64,000 bases of DNA from Octopus vulgaris (lineage: Eukaryota), in contig OX597819.1 of NCBI GenBank assembly GCA_951406725.2, positions 39,246,001-39,310,000 on the forward strand, in the 5' to 3' direction. Shown here piece after piece: positions 25,401-36,871 of the stretch (position 1 is the first letter of the stretch; the number at the start of each line of letters is the position of its first letter). Below the pieces are notes generated by a model. It was not told where the DNA came from. It made no database searches and saw only the letters and a list, made by a program, of their open reading frames with translations. The position numbers were made by a program, and so were the translations under genes.

Positions 25401-26215
25401 ACCTTTCTAACTTTGCTCTGCAATGTGAGCTCTTGTGTCCTACTTTTTTGGCAGCTGTTAACATTATTGTGTTTTGAAAGGACTATCCTTCCTGGAATGT
25501 AGGGCTCCACACCCGTAGCATGGGTTTGTTCTTAAAGGTTTTTTTTTTATTAATTTCCCGGTCGACATGCTTGTACTTGTGAGAACTCCTCTTTAATTTT
25601 GTGTACGTCCTGACGTAAGTTTACCATTCTTTGACACTGCTCTGCAACTGCCTTCTGGGTTAAACTTTGGTTCGCTTGTTCAAGTTTTGAGAGAATTCTT
25701 GCACGTATTTCCGCATCTTTGTTTACCGTAAGCCCTTGTACAAAAATGAGGCCCTTAAACATATCAAGAGTTAGTTCCTTCAGTTTAAACTTTTCGCATA
25801 TATGATTTACGGTCCCGGCAAACGTGACAAAGTCTTCATCTTTTTTAACTAGACTCCAAGACTCCCATCAAGTGTTAAATAGGAAACTCTTATTACTGAA
25901 TATTTTTGATAGTAGTTCGACTGTTTCCCGGAAACAAATTTCACTAGTTTTTTTGGGAAGTATGAAATTACAGTATTTTCATGTTCAGCTGGCGCTAATT
26001 TACATAATAGTAAATTCAAAAGTTCTGAATCACGTTCTACACGGGGCTTTGGTCTCCAAAAAATACAAGTTTGTTGTTCTTATCAGCGTTTTGCAGAACT
26101 GTTCTTAGATCACCATAATGAGAAGAATTGGTGCATAAACACTAATCACTTCTCCGAATTGCAGTAGTAGAATAATTACACGTTAAAAAAAAAAACCACT
26201 TAGGAGCGCTGTCAA
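22461..26215 (-). mobile_element. Ty3/Gypsy LTR retrotransposon internal region, degenerate
   Basis: gag (IFVQGL...AEIRARILSKLE), protease LQLDTGSDISVI, RT remnants, RNase H ([14 protein letters not shown]), integrase (PWSRVHI...IVDSFTKWP, SNGQAERFV), in Gypsy order. No LTRs found. Confidence 0.92.
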
Positions 26216-26269
26216 ATGCTATACCAAACGTGTTTTACGGAGAAACCAACACAAACTTTTCGACGTAGA

Positions 26270-27500
26270 CTATCTGACCTCTTCTTGCAAAATATGGAGT
26301 CTATGTTCTGCTAACCTATCATCAGAAAGTTTCGTTTCTGAGTCAGCAATTATATCGAGGTTATAACGAAACAATTCCCTATATATATAAGCAGTACGGC
26401 GTTCAGGGTGAGCAGGTCCTGGCAATACTAAAAGGGCACGTATATTCCAGTACGCGATCTTAAGATTTGATCTCATCGAGGATATCATTTATTCATGATT
26501 TAGCTCAGAGTTTTGTTGAACATATGTATTTCGCTCACATGAGCGAACAACCGCCATCCGTGGAGTGCCGGCCAGTTTGGTAGAGGTAAGCCTTGTTTTG
26601 ATCAGAGTTTCTCAACCACTTTTTTTTATCTATGGACCCCTTTGACATTCGATGTTTAAAAACTAGTTTTATAGAAACCTCTTCCAAAATTCCTATGTTG
26701 TTTATCACACATTAACTCGCGTAGGTCGAACTATGTAAAATGTCAGAGAAAGAAATGTAGCTCTTTCTTGCAATACTTACCAATACATACATCCAAAGCA
26801 AAAATTTTTCAGGGACTCCTATAATACTGTTGTGGATCCCCAGTTTATTATTTTGTTGCGTGTGCCCCCAAAATCGTATATGGACCCTTGCGGGTGGACA
26901 TATGGACCCCGGTTGAGAACCACTGGTTTAGACCAACCCTTCTAGTTCCCTCCTGTCAGCAGCTGAACAGTGCCGAATACTCCCTTTACTACATAAGATA
27001 AAGCGACAAAAACCCAAGCCACCTACGTGTAGGTTAGCAATTACATGTTCCCAACTTGTTACGCCTGCGTACTTCACTGCTCTACTATTCCTGCAGGACT
27101 GTTTTGTACATCTGTAAATCATTCTGGGAGTCCAAAAAGTTCCTGTGTGGATTTGTTTTGAGTGGATAAAGCGTTGCAAAAGATTGAACCTACTTTTCAG
27201 TGCAATTAGCAATAACACCAGCGGCACTAGAGAGATTGAAACGACCAGAAAAACCATCTGATTTTCAAGTCTTTTTTTTTTAATACGAGTTTAACTTCTA
27301 GAAGGCAGTTCAGACGAGAACTAGGACCCCCTTCGCTCCCAGTGGTCAGGAGTCTATCACTCCTATTTATTGGCTAGTCAATAACTCTACTGCGTTCATT
27401 CGTCACATAGAGTGTTCAACGAAAACCAATCTCCTTACCAAGCAGGCTTGGTAGGTAACCGACAGCCTAACCAAGAGACAGATTGGGTTTCATGCTACCA
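26270..27500 (-). mobile_element. RTE/BovB-like LINE 5' fragment
   Basis: LKIAYWNIRALL...PERRTAYIYRELFRYNLDIIADSETK is the endonuclease N-terminus. UTR boundary approximate. Confidence 0.7.
26603..26925. mobile_element. hAT-like MITE inserted in the RTE 5' UTR
   Basis: TIRs CAGAGTTTCTCAACC / GGTTGAGAACCACTG. Flanks GTTTTGAT / GTTTAGAC (6/8). Confidence 0.8.
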
Positions 27501-29489
27501 GTAACACTAAGAGTGACCTGATAAAAACACACGCACACACATACACATTATTTCGCTTAGGCATAACCTGGTATTAGAACACATACACATCTTTTATTTT
27601 TAGCACTTTAGTATTGATAGCATCAATACAGGTTTTTAATTATCTTTTCTATTTCTCTTATCATAATTATTTAGCTGTAACTGTATCAGATGTATCATCT
27701 GGGTTGTTCAATATATCTAATCTCGTTTTTTGTCTTTATTCATAGGCTAGCTCTATGTCTGATAATAGGCGTGTCACTTGTTTTGAAACTTTCAAACTGA
27801 TGGTTACTTCTGTGATTTTGTAGTTTCTTTGAAAGGCACATAAACTTCGTATTATGTCAACCGCCTCGATGTAAAGCAAAGAAGCGAAAGGGTAACCACT
27901 CTGTATTTTAAATTTTGGGGGCAGAATCTTCATCGCATATTTTCTTCACGTTATATTGTTATAGTAATTTACAAAATAAATTATCATGATGAAATATATC
28001 AATAGTCTTTTTATTTCGGTAAGAAGATTAAATTGATCACAAGGTATCAAAATCGGATAGGATAAAACAACAGCAGTATCTGGGGCAATCTTTTGGCCCA
28101 GCGTAACCCTTCCTTGTGTCTGGCTGAACACAGCTGATTTCTTCCTGTAAAAAGACAGAAAGAGAAGAATCAATCCAAGTACAAGAGTGGTTCTTTGTTG
28201 ACCCCGAGAAGGAGTGGAACAGTCACATCATAGGTTTAGTTCAGTAGATGTGTTATATGACATATCAACTTGACACGACCTCCCCGCATGGCTGTCATAT
28301 GACCATAATATACAGACGTAGCTGAAAAGTGACTAAAATTTCCCTTATCTCACTAAGGGAGCATCTTCCACCAGTCAAACTGCATGTTAACTGATAGTGA
28401 TCTGAGCCACATGTTCTCTATAACGACAAACGGCGATTAGAGCAATCGTCAGAAACGATAGTTCGCACACACTCCATCACGTTCCTCATAACGTGATAGA
28501 CCACCAAATAACTACGTAGAACTGGCGTTCCGGCAAGACTTCAAAGACCCTAGACTACGAAGTTAACCACATAAGCGGTGGACCTCTCAGAACGGCAAAG
28601 ACAGTTACCACTTGCAACAGAAAAGAAATGAACACCCTGTAGCAGGCTGGATTTGCTGTGCAATATCAATTCGATATGAGGTAACCCACTACTGAATGTA
28701 GCGTATAGATGTGACGCTTCGAGGTTCTCGCGTCGGAGTAACCAGTGAACATCGAAGAATTAACTTCAAGAAGGAAGAAATGTTATTTACATATATTCAT
28801 TCGTTTACTCGACAGGTTGTTACAGAGACAGTAGCAATTCTAGTGATAGTGACGACAAGGTTGACTCGCTGGTTAGTAGCTGATATGCAGAAAAAAGTTG
28901 TCTGTCAGTTGAGAGGGAGAGAGTAAGGTAATCATGGGGCTGACTAGAAAGGAAGAAAGGATAAAGGCGGCATTACCTTTCTTATGGCCAAAAGCTTCTC
29001 TTAGCTGCTTTTGGTTAAGGCTGATGCAAAACGTGTGTTGCTCCTTGGTCATAGCTGACACACAAGAGGAAGAGATAGAAAATTCTCTGTTATATAGACT
29101 ATTGTCAGTAATGTAGGTCAAACCTTAAACAAAGGACTGACCTCTCCTTGACAAATACAAGTTCTAGAGGTTGGCATGTTTCCTCATGAATCATCTAGTG
29201 TGGATGATTTTCCGCTCGTTTTGACAAGAAAAGATAATGGATTTCCAGGAATCGAAGGAAAAGGAGAGAGACAGACAGACAGAAATTACTTCTCTGAAAG
29301 TTACCGAGAGGGTAAGAGAGACACATTAACCTCTGGTAAGTTGCCGAGCGAAAAGAAAGTTTGACTGTAGGGGTCTCTATTTCTATCAATCATAAAGTTA
29401 GAATCAGGTCATTATAACAATGAAAATTCAGTGAGTTTTCTGGGTTGAACTGAGTTTGACCGAAGACGATGAGGAATGGGACAGCCGCA

Positions 29490-29826
29490 TGCATAGCTGT
29501 GTGGTAAGAAGCTTGCTTCCCAATCACATGGTTTCGGGTTCACACCCACTGCGTAACAATTTGGATTAGTGCCTTTTGCTATAGCCCCAGGCCGACCAAT
29601 GCCTAATGAGTGGACGGAAACTGAATGTAGCTCGTCATATAGATGTGAGCGTGTGATCACCACAGCTTGACAACCGGTGTTGGTTTGTTTACGTTCCCGA
29701 TACTTAGCGTCTCGGCAAAACAGACCCTTAGAATAAATCCTGGAATTAATTTACTCAATTAAACCCTTCAAAGCGATGCCCCAGCATAGCTGCAGTGTAA
29801 TTACAGAAACAAATAAAAGATAAAAG
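29490..29826 (+). mobile_element. SINE family A, older subfamily
   Basis: GCTGTGTGGTAAGAAGCTTGCTTCCCAA ... GAAACAAATAAAAGATAAAAGA. Similar copy at 50620-50997. Confidence 0.8.
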
Positions 29827-30110
29827 ATCATTTTAAATGATACAAATTCCGAGTGCAAATCCTGAGAACAATAGAAAGAAGCTTACAGAAACATTCAGGC
29901 TGTGGTTTCAATTCCTGGTCGAAAATTCAGCGTCCATTCGTCCCATCATTCCTCGATGTTTAGTGAGCTTCTCATTAGAAGTGAAACGATACTGAAGTTA
30001 TAATTGCTCACCTGGGGAAAAAATTACTTCTATGGTTTCGATACATATGTAACGAAACTTTGATGCAAAAAAAAAATTCAGAAAACTTTTATTTTTAAAA
30101 TACAGAAAAC

Positions 30111-30494
30111 TGTGTGGTAAGTAGCTTGTTTACCAGCCACATGTTTCCGGGTTCAGTCCCACTGCGTGGCACCTTGGGCAAGTGTCTTCTACTATAGCCT
30201 CGGGTCGACCAAAGCCTTGTGAGTGGATTTGGTAGACGGAAACTCAAAGAAGCCCGTCGTATATATGTATATATATATATGCGTGTGTGTGTTTGTGTTT
30301 GTCCCCCTAGCATCGCTTGACAACCGATGCTGGTGTGTTTATGTCCCCGTTATTTAGCGGTTCGGCAAAAGAGACCGATAGAATAAGTACTGGGCTTACA
30401 AAAGAATAAGTCCTGGGGTCAAGTTGCTCGATTAAAGGTGGTGCTCCAGCGTGGCCGCGGTCAAATGACTGAAACAAGTAAAAGAGTAAAGAGA
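30111..30494 (+). mobile_element. SINE family A
   Basis: Near full-length; very similar to 49057-49466. Confidence 0.9.
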
Positions 30495-30527
30495 GTATCT
30501 GTGTTTCCATGAGACAAAAAAAAAGGA

Positions 30528-30626
30528 TTCGGTCTCTTTTGCCGAACCGCTAAGTTACGGCGACGTAAACACACCAGCATCGGTTGTCAAGCAATGCTAG
30601 GGGGACAAAGACAGACACACAAACAT

Positions 30627-30682
<56 letters not shown>

Positions 30683-30840
30683 GACGGGCTTCTTTGAGTT
30701 TCCGTCTACCAAATCCACTCACAAGGCTTTGGTCGGCCCGAGGCTCTAGTAGAAGACACTTGCCCAAGGTGCCACGCAGTGGGACTGAACCCGGAACCAT
30801 GTGGTTGGTAAGCAAGCTACTTACCACACAGCCACTCCTG
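30528..30840 (-). mobile_element. SINE family A, 3'-truncated, inverted
   Basis: Reverse complement of 30111-30378. Further minus copies at 54400-54710, 56233-56580, 61865-62228, 62880-63070. Confidence 0.9.
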
Positions 30841-31519
30841 CACCTGTGAATAAAATGTATAGAGGTCAATGTGAAACAAGGCCAAAAAAGAGAATATGAG
30901 GTAGGGTAGAGTGTACGGGCGTGCAGGATAGGATCCGATGCAGTTTTGAGTGGGTTTGAGTGTGATGTGGGGCTAGGTTGTATTGACATGAGTTCATATG
31001 CATGTACTTCTGAATATGGTGTAGTTAAGGAGAAATGAAGCTATTCTCGATCCATAGTAGAGTAGGAAGATTTCTGGGATAAGCGTCCATTGTGTGTAGG
31101 TACCGTGAAGGAAATGCAGAAGCCAAGTGTGTCTGGTGTTGTGGACATCTGCAATTGGCGTGAATGAAGCAAGAACGACAAACGGCAAAAGATTTGTTGG
31201 TTGGGTTGAGCCAGACAAACTTTCTCTATGTGCAACGTGACCTGAGCGAGGTTATGTTGAAGAAAGAGGATAGATGGCTGGAAGCAAGGGCGCAAAAGAA
31301 AAAGAAAAAAGAACTTGGTGCTCTTACAAAAAAAAATCAAAAATGCTAAGAGAATTTAGCAAGCCGTGTTAAGAAATCTGGTCAAGCTAAGCTGGGAAAC
31401 GACTATAGCAGAGTGGACTGTCGCTAAATTTCAACATCCGACTGGGGCAATGTCAGGAATTAGAGCTTCAAGATGATAAGATCTGAAAACAAATAGTAAC
31501 AGGCATAGGTAGTAAGGTG

Positions 31520-32476
31520 TGTAGCGATATTGATACCCTCACTCTTTGAGAGACTCAATAAGAACGATCTCGTTTGAGATTACAATCATCTTTGGCTAGT
31601 TTGATCCTGTTGTGTCCACTGCTCTGATTGGTTGGCATCTAGCGCGGTCTGTCTCCCTACTTATTTCGCGCCATTGTGTAAAGCTAACCAATCACGGCCT
31701 TCGGATAGGATGCTTCATTTGAGCCACCTTAACTCCTTAAATAGGCTAACATTTTCACTATTCTTTGTTTTCCGGCTCCAGACCTTTTACGGTCTAGTCC
31801 TAACCACAGAACTACTCAGCCATGTTCCAGCGATAGACGACCTGCCTGTCATGCTCCTGCTTCAGCTACTACGACGCTAATGTACACCCGCAACTGGACG
31901 TTCTCCATCTCCGTCGACTTCAACAATATGTACACACCAACACCCGACCAGTTTAACTCACGCTATTGTGTGAATCTTTCACCACGGATAAACAGTTGCA
32001 GTATATCTGAAAGAATATCTATATCAAGAGACTCGGCTCGGCGTTGAGGCTCCAAGCGCCTCCGCCTTGAGACCCCCGACATCTTGTTATAGAACTCTTA
32101 CTATTGTGTACCTCATGAACTGGTAAACTAACTCTATCTTAACTCAATATGCTGAGACTTATCTTATGCTCTGTATTCTGTATTTCTGTTGTATATACCT
32201 TTGTCTGTACCTTCTGTCTCACACAGACACAAATACTATGCGCACGCATTCATACACAACATTTCGCTAGCACTCACACACTCTCTCTGTACATTGTGAA
32301 TAAAGTCATCTTCTCTCTCAAACAGTAGAACGGTTTGTCGTCCTCATTTATTCTTTTTGCACTGTATTTTATATCCATGTATTTGGCTCTCTTATATTTT
32401 GTTGGGGAACGACCGTGCGGCGTACTAAAGGAGACATTTGTCACCAACACCTTACGTACGGTCGTTTAACCCTACA
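31520..32476 (+). mobile_element. Solo LTR
   Basis: TGTAG...CTACA termini, 4-bp TSD GGTG, AATAAA near 32299. Homologous to 35010-36030. Confidence 0.88.
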
Positions 32477-33607
32477 GGTGCATGTGTGTGCAATTGGGTG
32501 AAAGAACATTGTTTATGCAAAAAAAATTGAAATTGTCTGTTATGTATTTAGAATGGTTGGATGAGTGCGTATGAATAATGGAGTACAAAAAGGCTGAGAG
32601 GACATGTTATTGTATACATTTAATGATCGCTAGCCTTGAGTGTAAGAATATGTACTTAATAAAATAAACATTTCAGAATGACAGGTAATTATACATACAC
32701 GCTTGACACTGTAAAAATCATAAAATGGTAGAGTCTCTGTGATTTGAATTGAAAAGGAATTCAATCAATTTCGATTGGCATGTGATCAATAAATGACGAA
32801 GGTCAACCGAAACCAATGCAAATATGGACATAACTTATTATATAGATATAGGTCGTTCAAAGTGTACGTATAATGGACCGATGTGTGTCTACAACTGGGT
32901 TACCAAATGTAGCGGTAAGATATATATCTTACGTTGAAGTTGCCAAATGTAATGTACAGGGTCACCATATGTAATGTACGAATGTACGGCTCTCACGTCG
33001 GAGTTACCAGTTGTATTGAACAGATGAAAAGTTACTTGATATAGAAATAGCTAGCTTTGTTTCGCATCGGGTCCGCTATATGTAGATACTCGAAAGTAGG
33101 ATGAAACAGCGTAATAAAAATATCGAAGAGAAAAAAACTTTATCTGTAGGGAGTAGTCGGTAAAACATACATAGCAGTACTTGTAAATAAGCGACAATGG
33201 CAAAAATGTGTGTTGGTCGCTCGCTGGTAGTGTGTGTGGAAGCCAAGTACATTCTGTTAACAGAGAGAAAAAAAAAGGGGAAGAACTTTGTCCTTCCTTT
33301 TCATTCGGTCGATGCTGTGCTTCCGGTTGATATCTGAAACGAAGAGAGAGATATGTTCTTACTTAGCCGGTTCAAAACCCAAGAGGACAAGAGAGAGATG
33401 CTCCAGTTATATAAGGTTCGGTCAGGAAACATATGAAACCTAAAACAATGGAATGACCATCAAAGATCTTCGGAGGTCAGGTGTTTCTCATTAATCTATC
33501 AGCATAGAGATTAAACACGAGAAATCAGACATTCGTTTGACAACCAACAAGTGTGTGGATTCGATTTCGAATCTTCAGCTAGCAGAAGGAAACGATCATC
33601 TCCCACA

Positions 33608-34650
33608 TACGTGTTGGTAAGGTAATGCTTCTGTTCCAATAACTTTTCCTGTTCTTCATTGCAGACGAGAAACGGATTCCAAGCAGAAGCACTGTGCTGC
33701 CATTGAGTTCTTGATGAAGGAGTGCAGGTTATCCGACATCCTTAGAAGGCTACAGTTTGTTTACAGAGAAGACACAATTGACAAGAGCCATGTGCAGATA
33801 GATGAAGATTAATAAAAGGGAAGCCAGCATTGAAGACAAAGCACGCAGTTGGAGACTATTGATTCCGACCACTGACCCAAATCACCAGAGAATGCGAGCT
33901 TATCGGACAACTGGACAATGGTCACAATGCATTACAGAAAATGGTAGAAAATATTAGGTATCGGAAAGTGTGTGCAAAGTGAATACCTCAGCCGTTGTCA
34001 ACCGATTTGAAGGAGCAAAGGGTCGAATTCTGCTCTGATCTGCTGGAAGTGTTTCAAGCCAATGAAGACACGTTTTTCCCCTTTTTTCTTTCCTTTTCTG
34101 ATGTGATGACGGAGGAAGAGACCTGGTCGTATCTTTGCGACCTAGAATCGAAGGCTCAGTTCATGGAACGTCGCCACAGTTCTTGTCCAAGGCCTACAAA
34201 GTTCAAGGGCCAGCGGTCGACTTAGAAAGTCACAGTAACTGTTTTGAGCGATGTCAAGGGCTCATTGTCCTTGATTTTCTGGACCGTTGAGATACCCGTA
34301 AGGCACAGAGAAGCTATTAAGGAGGAAGAGACCGAACAACAATCTGAAAATGATCCACATTCATCATGACAATGCGAGATCACACACATCTTCGGCAACA
34401 AACAACATGTTACTTACTCTTCCCCATCCACAGAACAACTTGGATCTGGTGCCATCCGATTTCTGCCCGTTCAATTCAAACGAGATGAAACTGGATGTGA
34501 AAAAATGGGTAACAGTGTCAGCTGAGTTTTTTTAAAGGAGATTCGAGAAGATAGGGTTCAACAATGACACAAGCACATCATTTGAGACTACACTAAGTAG
34601 CAAGTATCTTCGCAGAAAGGAAGAAGGACTTCACCAATGATCTACGTTAG
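33608..34650 (+). mobile_element. mariner transposon relic
   Basis: VMTEEETW, IHHDNARSHT and LPHPQNNLDLVPSDF are degenerate mariner DD34D motifs. Confidence 0.88.
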
Positions 34651-35009
34651 TCACGCACACTTTTGTCATACATTTAGTACAAGCCGTGTGTGTGTGTGCG
34701 TGCGCGCGCATTGATACATACACACATGGGCATTATAACATCTTTATACGGACAAAATGAATCTGTAAAAAAACTTTTAGAAGTCTGATGTATTTTATAA
34801 TCGGGCAGTAATAAGAAAAAAGCAAAAACAAACAATTTATAGAAAGGGTATTTCAATTTCAGGTACAACTGAAAATCGGCTGCAAAACGTACAACAGAAA
34901 CAGTGAGCTGCTTGAAAATTAGGCATCTGAAGAATAAATTTATTTAAAAATATAATAAATTCTTTCACTTAACGTGTTTACAGTTTAAGTTCTACTACAA
35001 ATAAAAATG

Positions 35010-36030
35010 TGTAGGGATAACGACCGTACGTAAGGAGTTGGTGACAGAAATATCTCGTTTTTAACGCCGCACGGTCGCCCAAACAAAAGAAGCCAAATGC
35101 ATGATATAAAAGAATAGGTACCAAAAGGAATAATGAGGACGACAACCGTTCTACTGTTTGAGAGAGGACACTTTATTTACAGATGTGTACAATAAGATAA
35201 AGTATGGGTGCTAGCAAAGTGGAGTGTCTGTGTGCATACGACAAGTGTTTGTGTCTGTGTATTCGTGTGCGCTACAGAAGTACAAACAAGATGTATGCAG
35301 AATACAATACAGAGCATAGAAGAAAAGAGTCTCTCAGGGTATTTTAGACAAGATGGAGTTAATTTACCAGTTCGTAATAAGGTTACATAATAGTAATAGT
35401 TCTGTAACAGGATGTTGGGGTCACAAGGCAGAATGCCGGTGAACACGTGTCATGTAGCAGTTGTGGCTTCAATGCTGTGCCAGGTCTCTTGATACAGGAA
35501 TTCTTGCAGGGAGTGCTGTGCTGTTAACCTTTGTGAAAATTACAACAGCGAGAAAGCTAAACCTGAGCGAGTGCTGTGTACGTATCGTTGAAGTCGACGG
35601 TGGTAGTGACGGCGTTAAAGTGAAGACGACTATGGTGATGGCGATGGTGGAGAAAAGCGTCGTTGAAGTTGCTGCATGTTGTCTGTCGCTGGAAACTGGA
35701 ACTGGAACTGGCTGAGTCGCTCTGTGGTCAGAGGTTAGCCCTGAGAAGGACTGGAACCTAAGACGAGATATCGTGAATGCTGGGGCCTTTTTATTACCTG
35801 AGGTGGGCTCCCGTGAAACCCCAAAAAGACTGTGTCATGGGACTTTATTCGAAGGCCGTGATTAGTTGGCTTTCACACTGGCGCGAAATAAGTCGAGACA
35901 AACTGCGCCAATGCCAACCAATCAGAGCAGTGGACACAACAGGGTGCAAAATAGCCGAAGATGGTTGCTATATAACACGGGATCATTTCTAATATATCTC
36001 TCAAACAGTGAGGATATCAGCTACGCTACA
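35010..36030 (-). mobile_element. Solo LTR, same family as 31520-32476
   Basis: TGTAG...CTACA termini, 4-bp TSD AATG, shared blocks at both ends. Confidence 0.88.
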
Positions 36031-36149
36031 AATGTAAACAAATACAAATTTTAAAATCTACACAATGATTTTGATAACCCGGTACGAATAAATATATGTG
36101 GATACAGAGAAAGAAACAGAAACATAGTGTGAGAAATAGAGAGAGAGAG

Positions 36150-36205
<56 letters not shown>

Positions 36206-36234
36206 AGAGAGAGAGAAATATATATATGTGTGTG

Positions 36235-36508
36235 TAAATATAATATGTGACAATTATTCTGTAGCCATGATAAAACTCCGAGTTTCGGATGTCGGGGTGG
36301 AAACCAACGCTGCCATCTCTTCTGTTATCCGGCCATCGAAAAAATGCTACGCAGATTTTTATGTATCCTAGAATTTGTTATTCTGTGTGGAGTCGGTGTT
36401 GAGGAGATGGACGGATAACTGAAGAGATAGCGGTGTGGGTTTCCAACCTGACATCCGAAACTCGGAGTTTTAATTTGGTTACCGAATAATTGTCACATAT
36501 CATATTTA
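36235..36508. repeat. Imperfect palindrome, possibly an inverted Penelope terminal repeat
   Basis: Arms of about 95 bp: ATATGTGACAATTATTC...AAAACTCCGAGTTTCGGATGTC and its reverse complement. Confidence 0.8.
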
Positions 36509-36579
36509 GAGATAAATTCCTCTATTTATATAATATCGAGGTCACTTTCATTCTTTTGTTGTCTTACCATTTCTTTCAA

Positions 36580-36652
<73 letters not shown>

Positions 36653-36717
36653 GTGACCGCGTGTGTACCGTTGGCGATTTTTCCCCTCCGTCTTCCCTTC
36701 TTCGGATCTTTACTTTT

Positions 36718-36762
36718 CCTATGTTTCTGACGAAGAGCTCCGCTCGAAACGTTAAACCCTTC
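36718..36762 (+). ncRNA. Minimal hammerhead ribozyme motif (Penelope-associated)
   Basis: CTGACGA-A-GAGC-TCC-GCTC-GAAA-CGTTA: both core boxes, 4-bp stem II, palindromic AACGTT at stem III. Confidence 0.65.
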
Positions 36763-36871
36763 TTCTTTCCTGAGCGTCCAATAATACTATTCTTGTTCCA
36801 CGTCCTCGCGTTGTGTTTTCTCTTTGTGTTTTCATGTTTGGATTAACTTTGTATATATATATATATATATA

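Noticed and set aside
28818-29419. Possible third solo LTR (TGTTA...TAACA)
   Set aside because: No target-site duplication and no second copy in the window.
32860-33020. Spaced GTTACCAAATGTA-like repeats resembling an array
   Set aside because: Irregular spacing, degenerate units and eukaryotic context; likely a minisatellite or transposon subterminal relic, not CRISPR.
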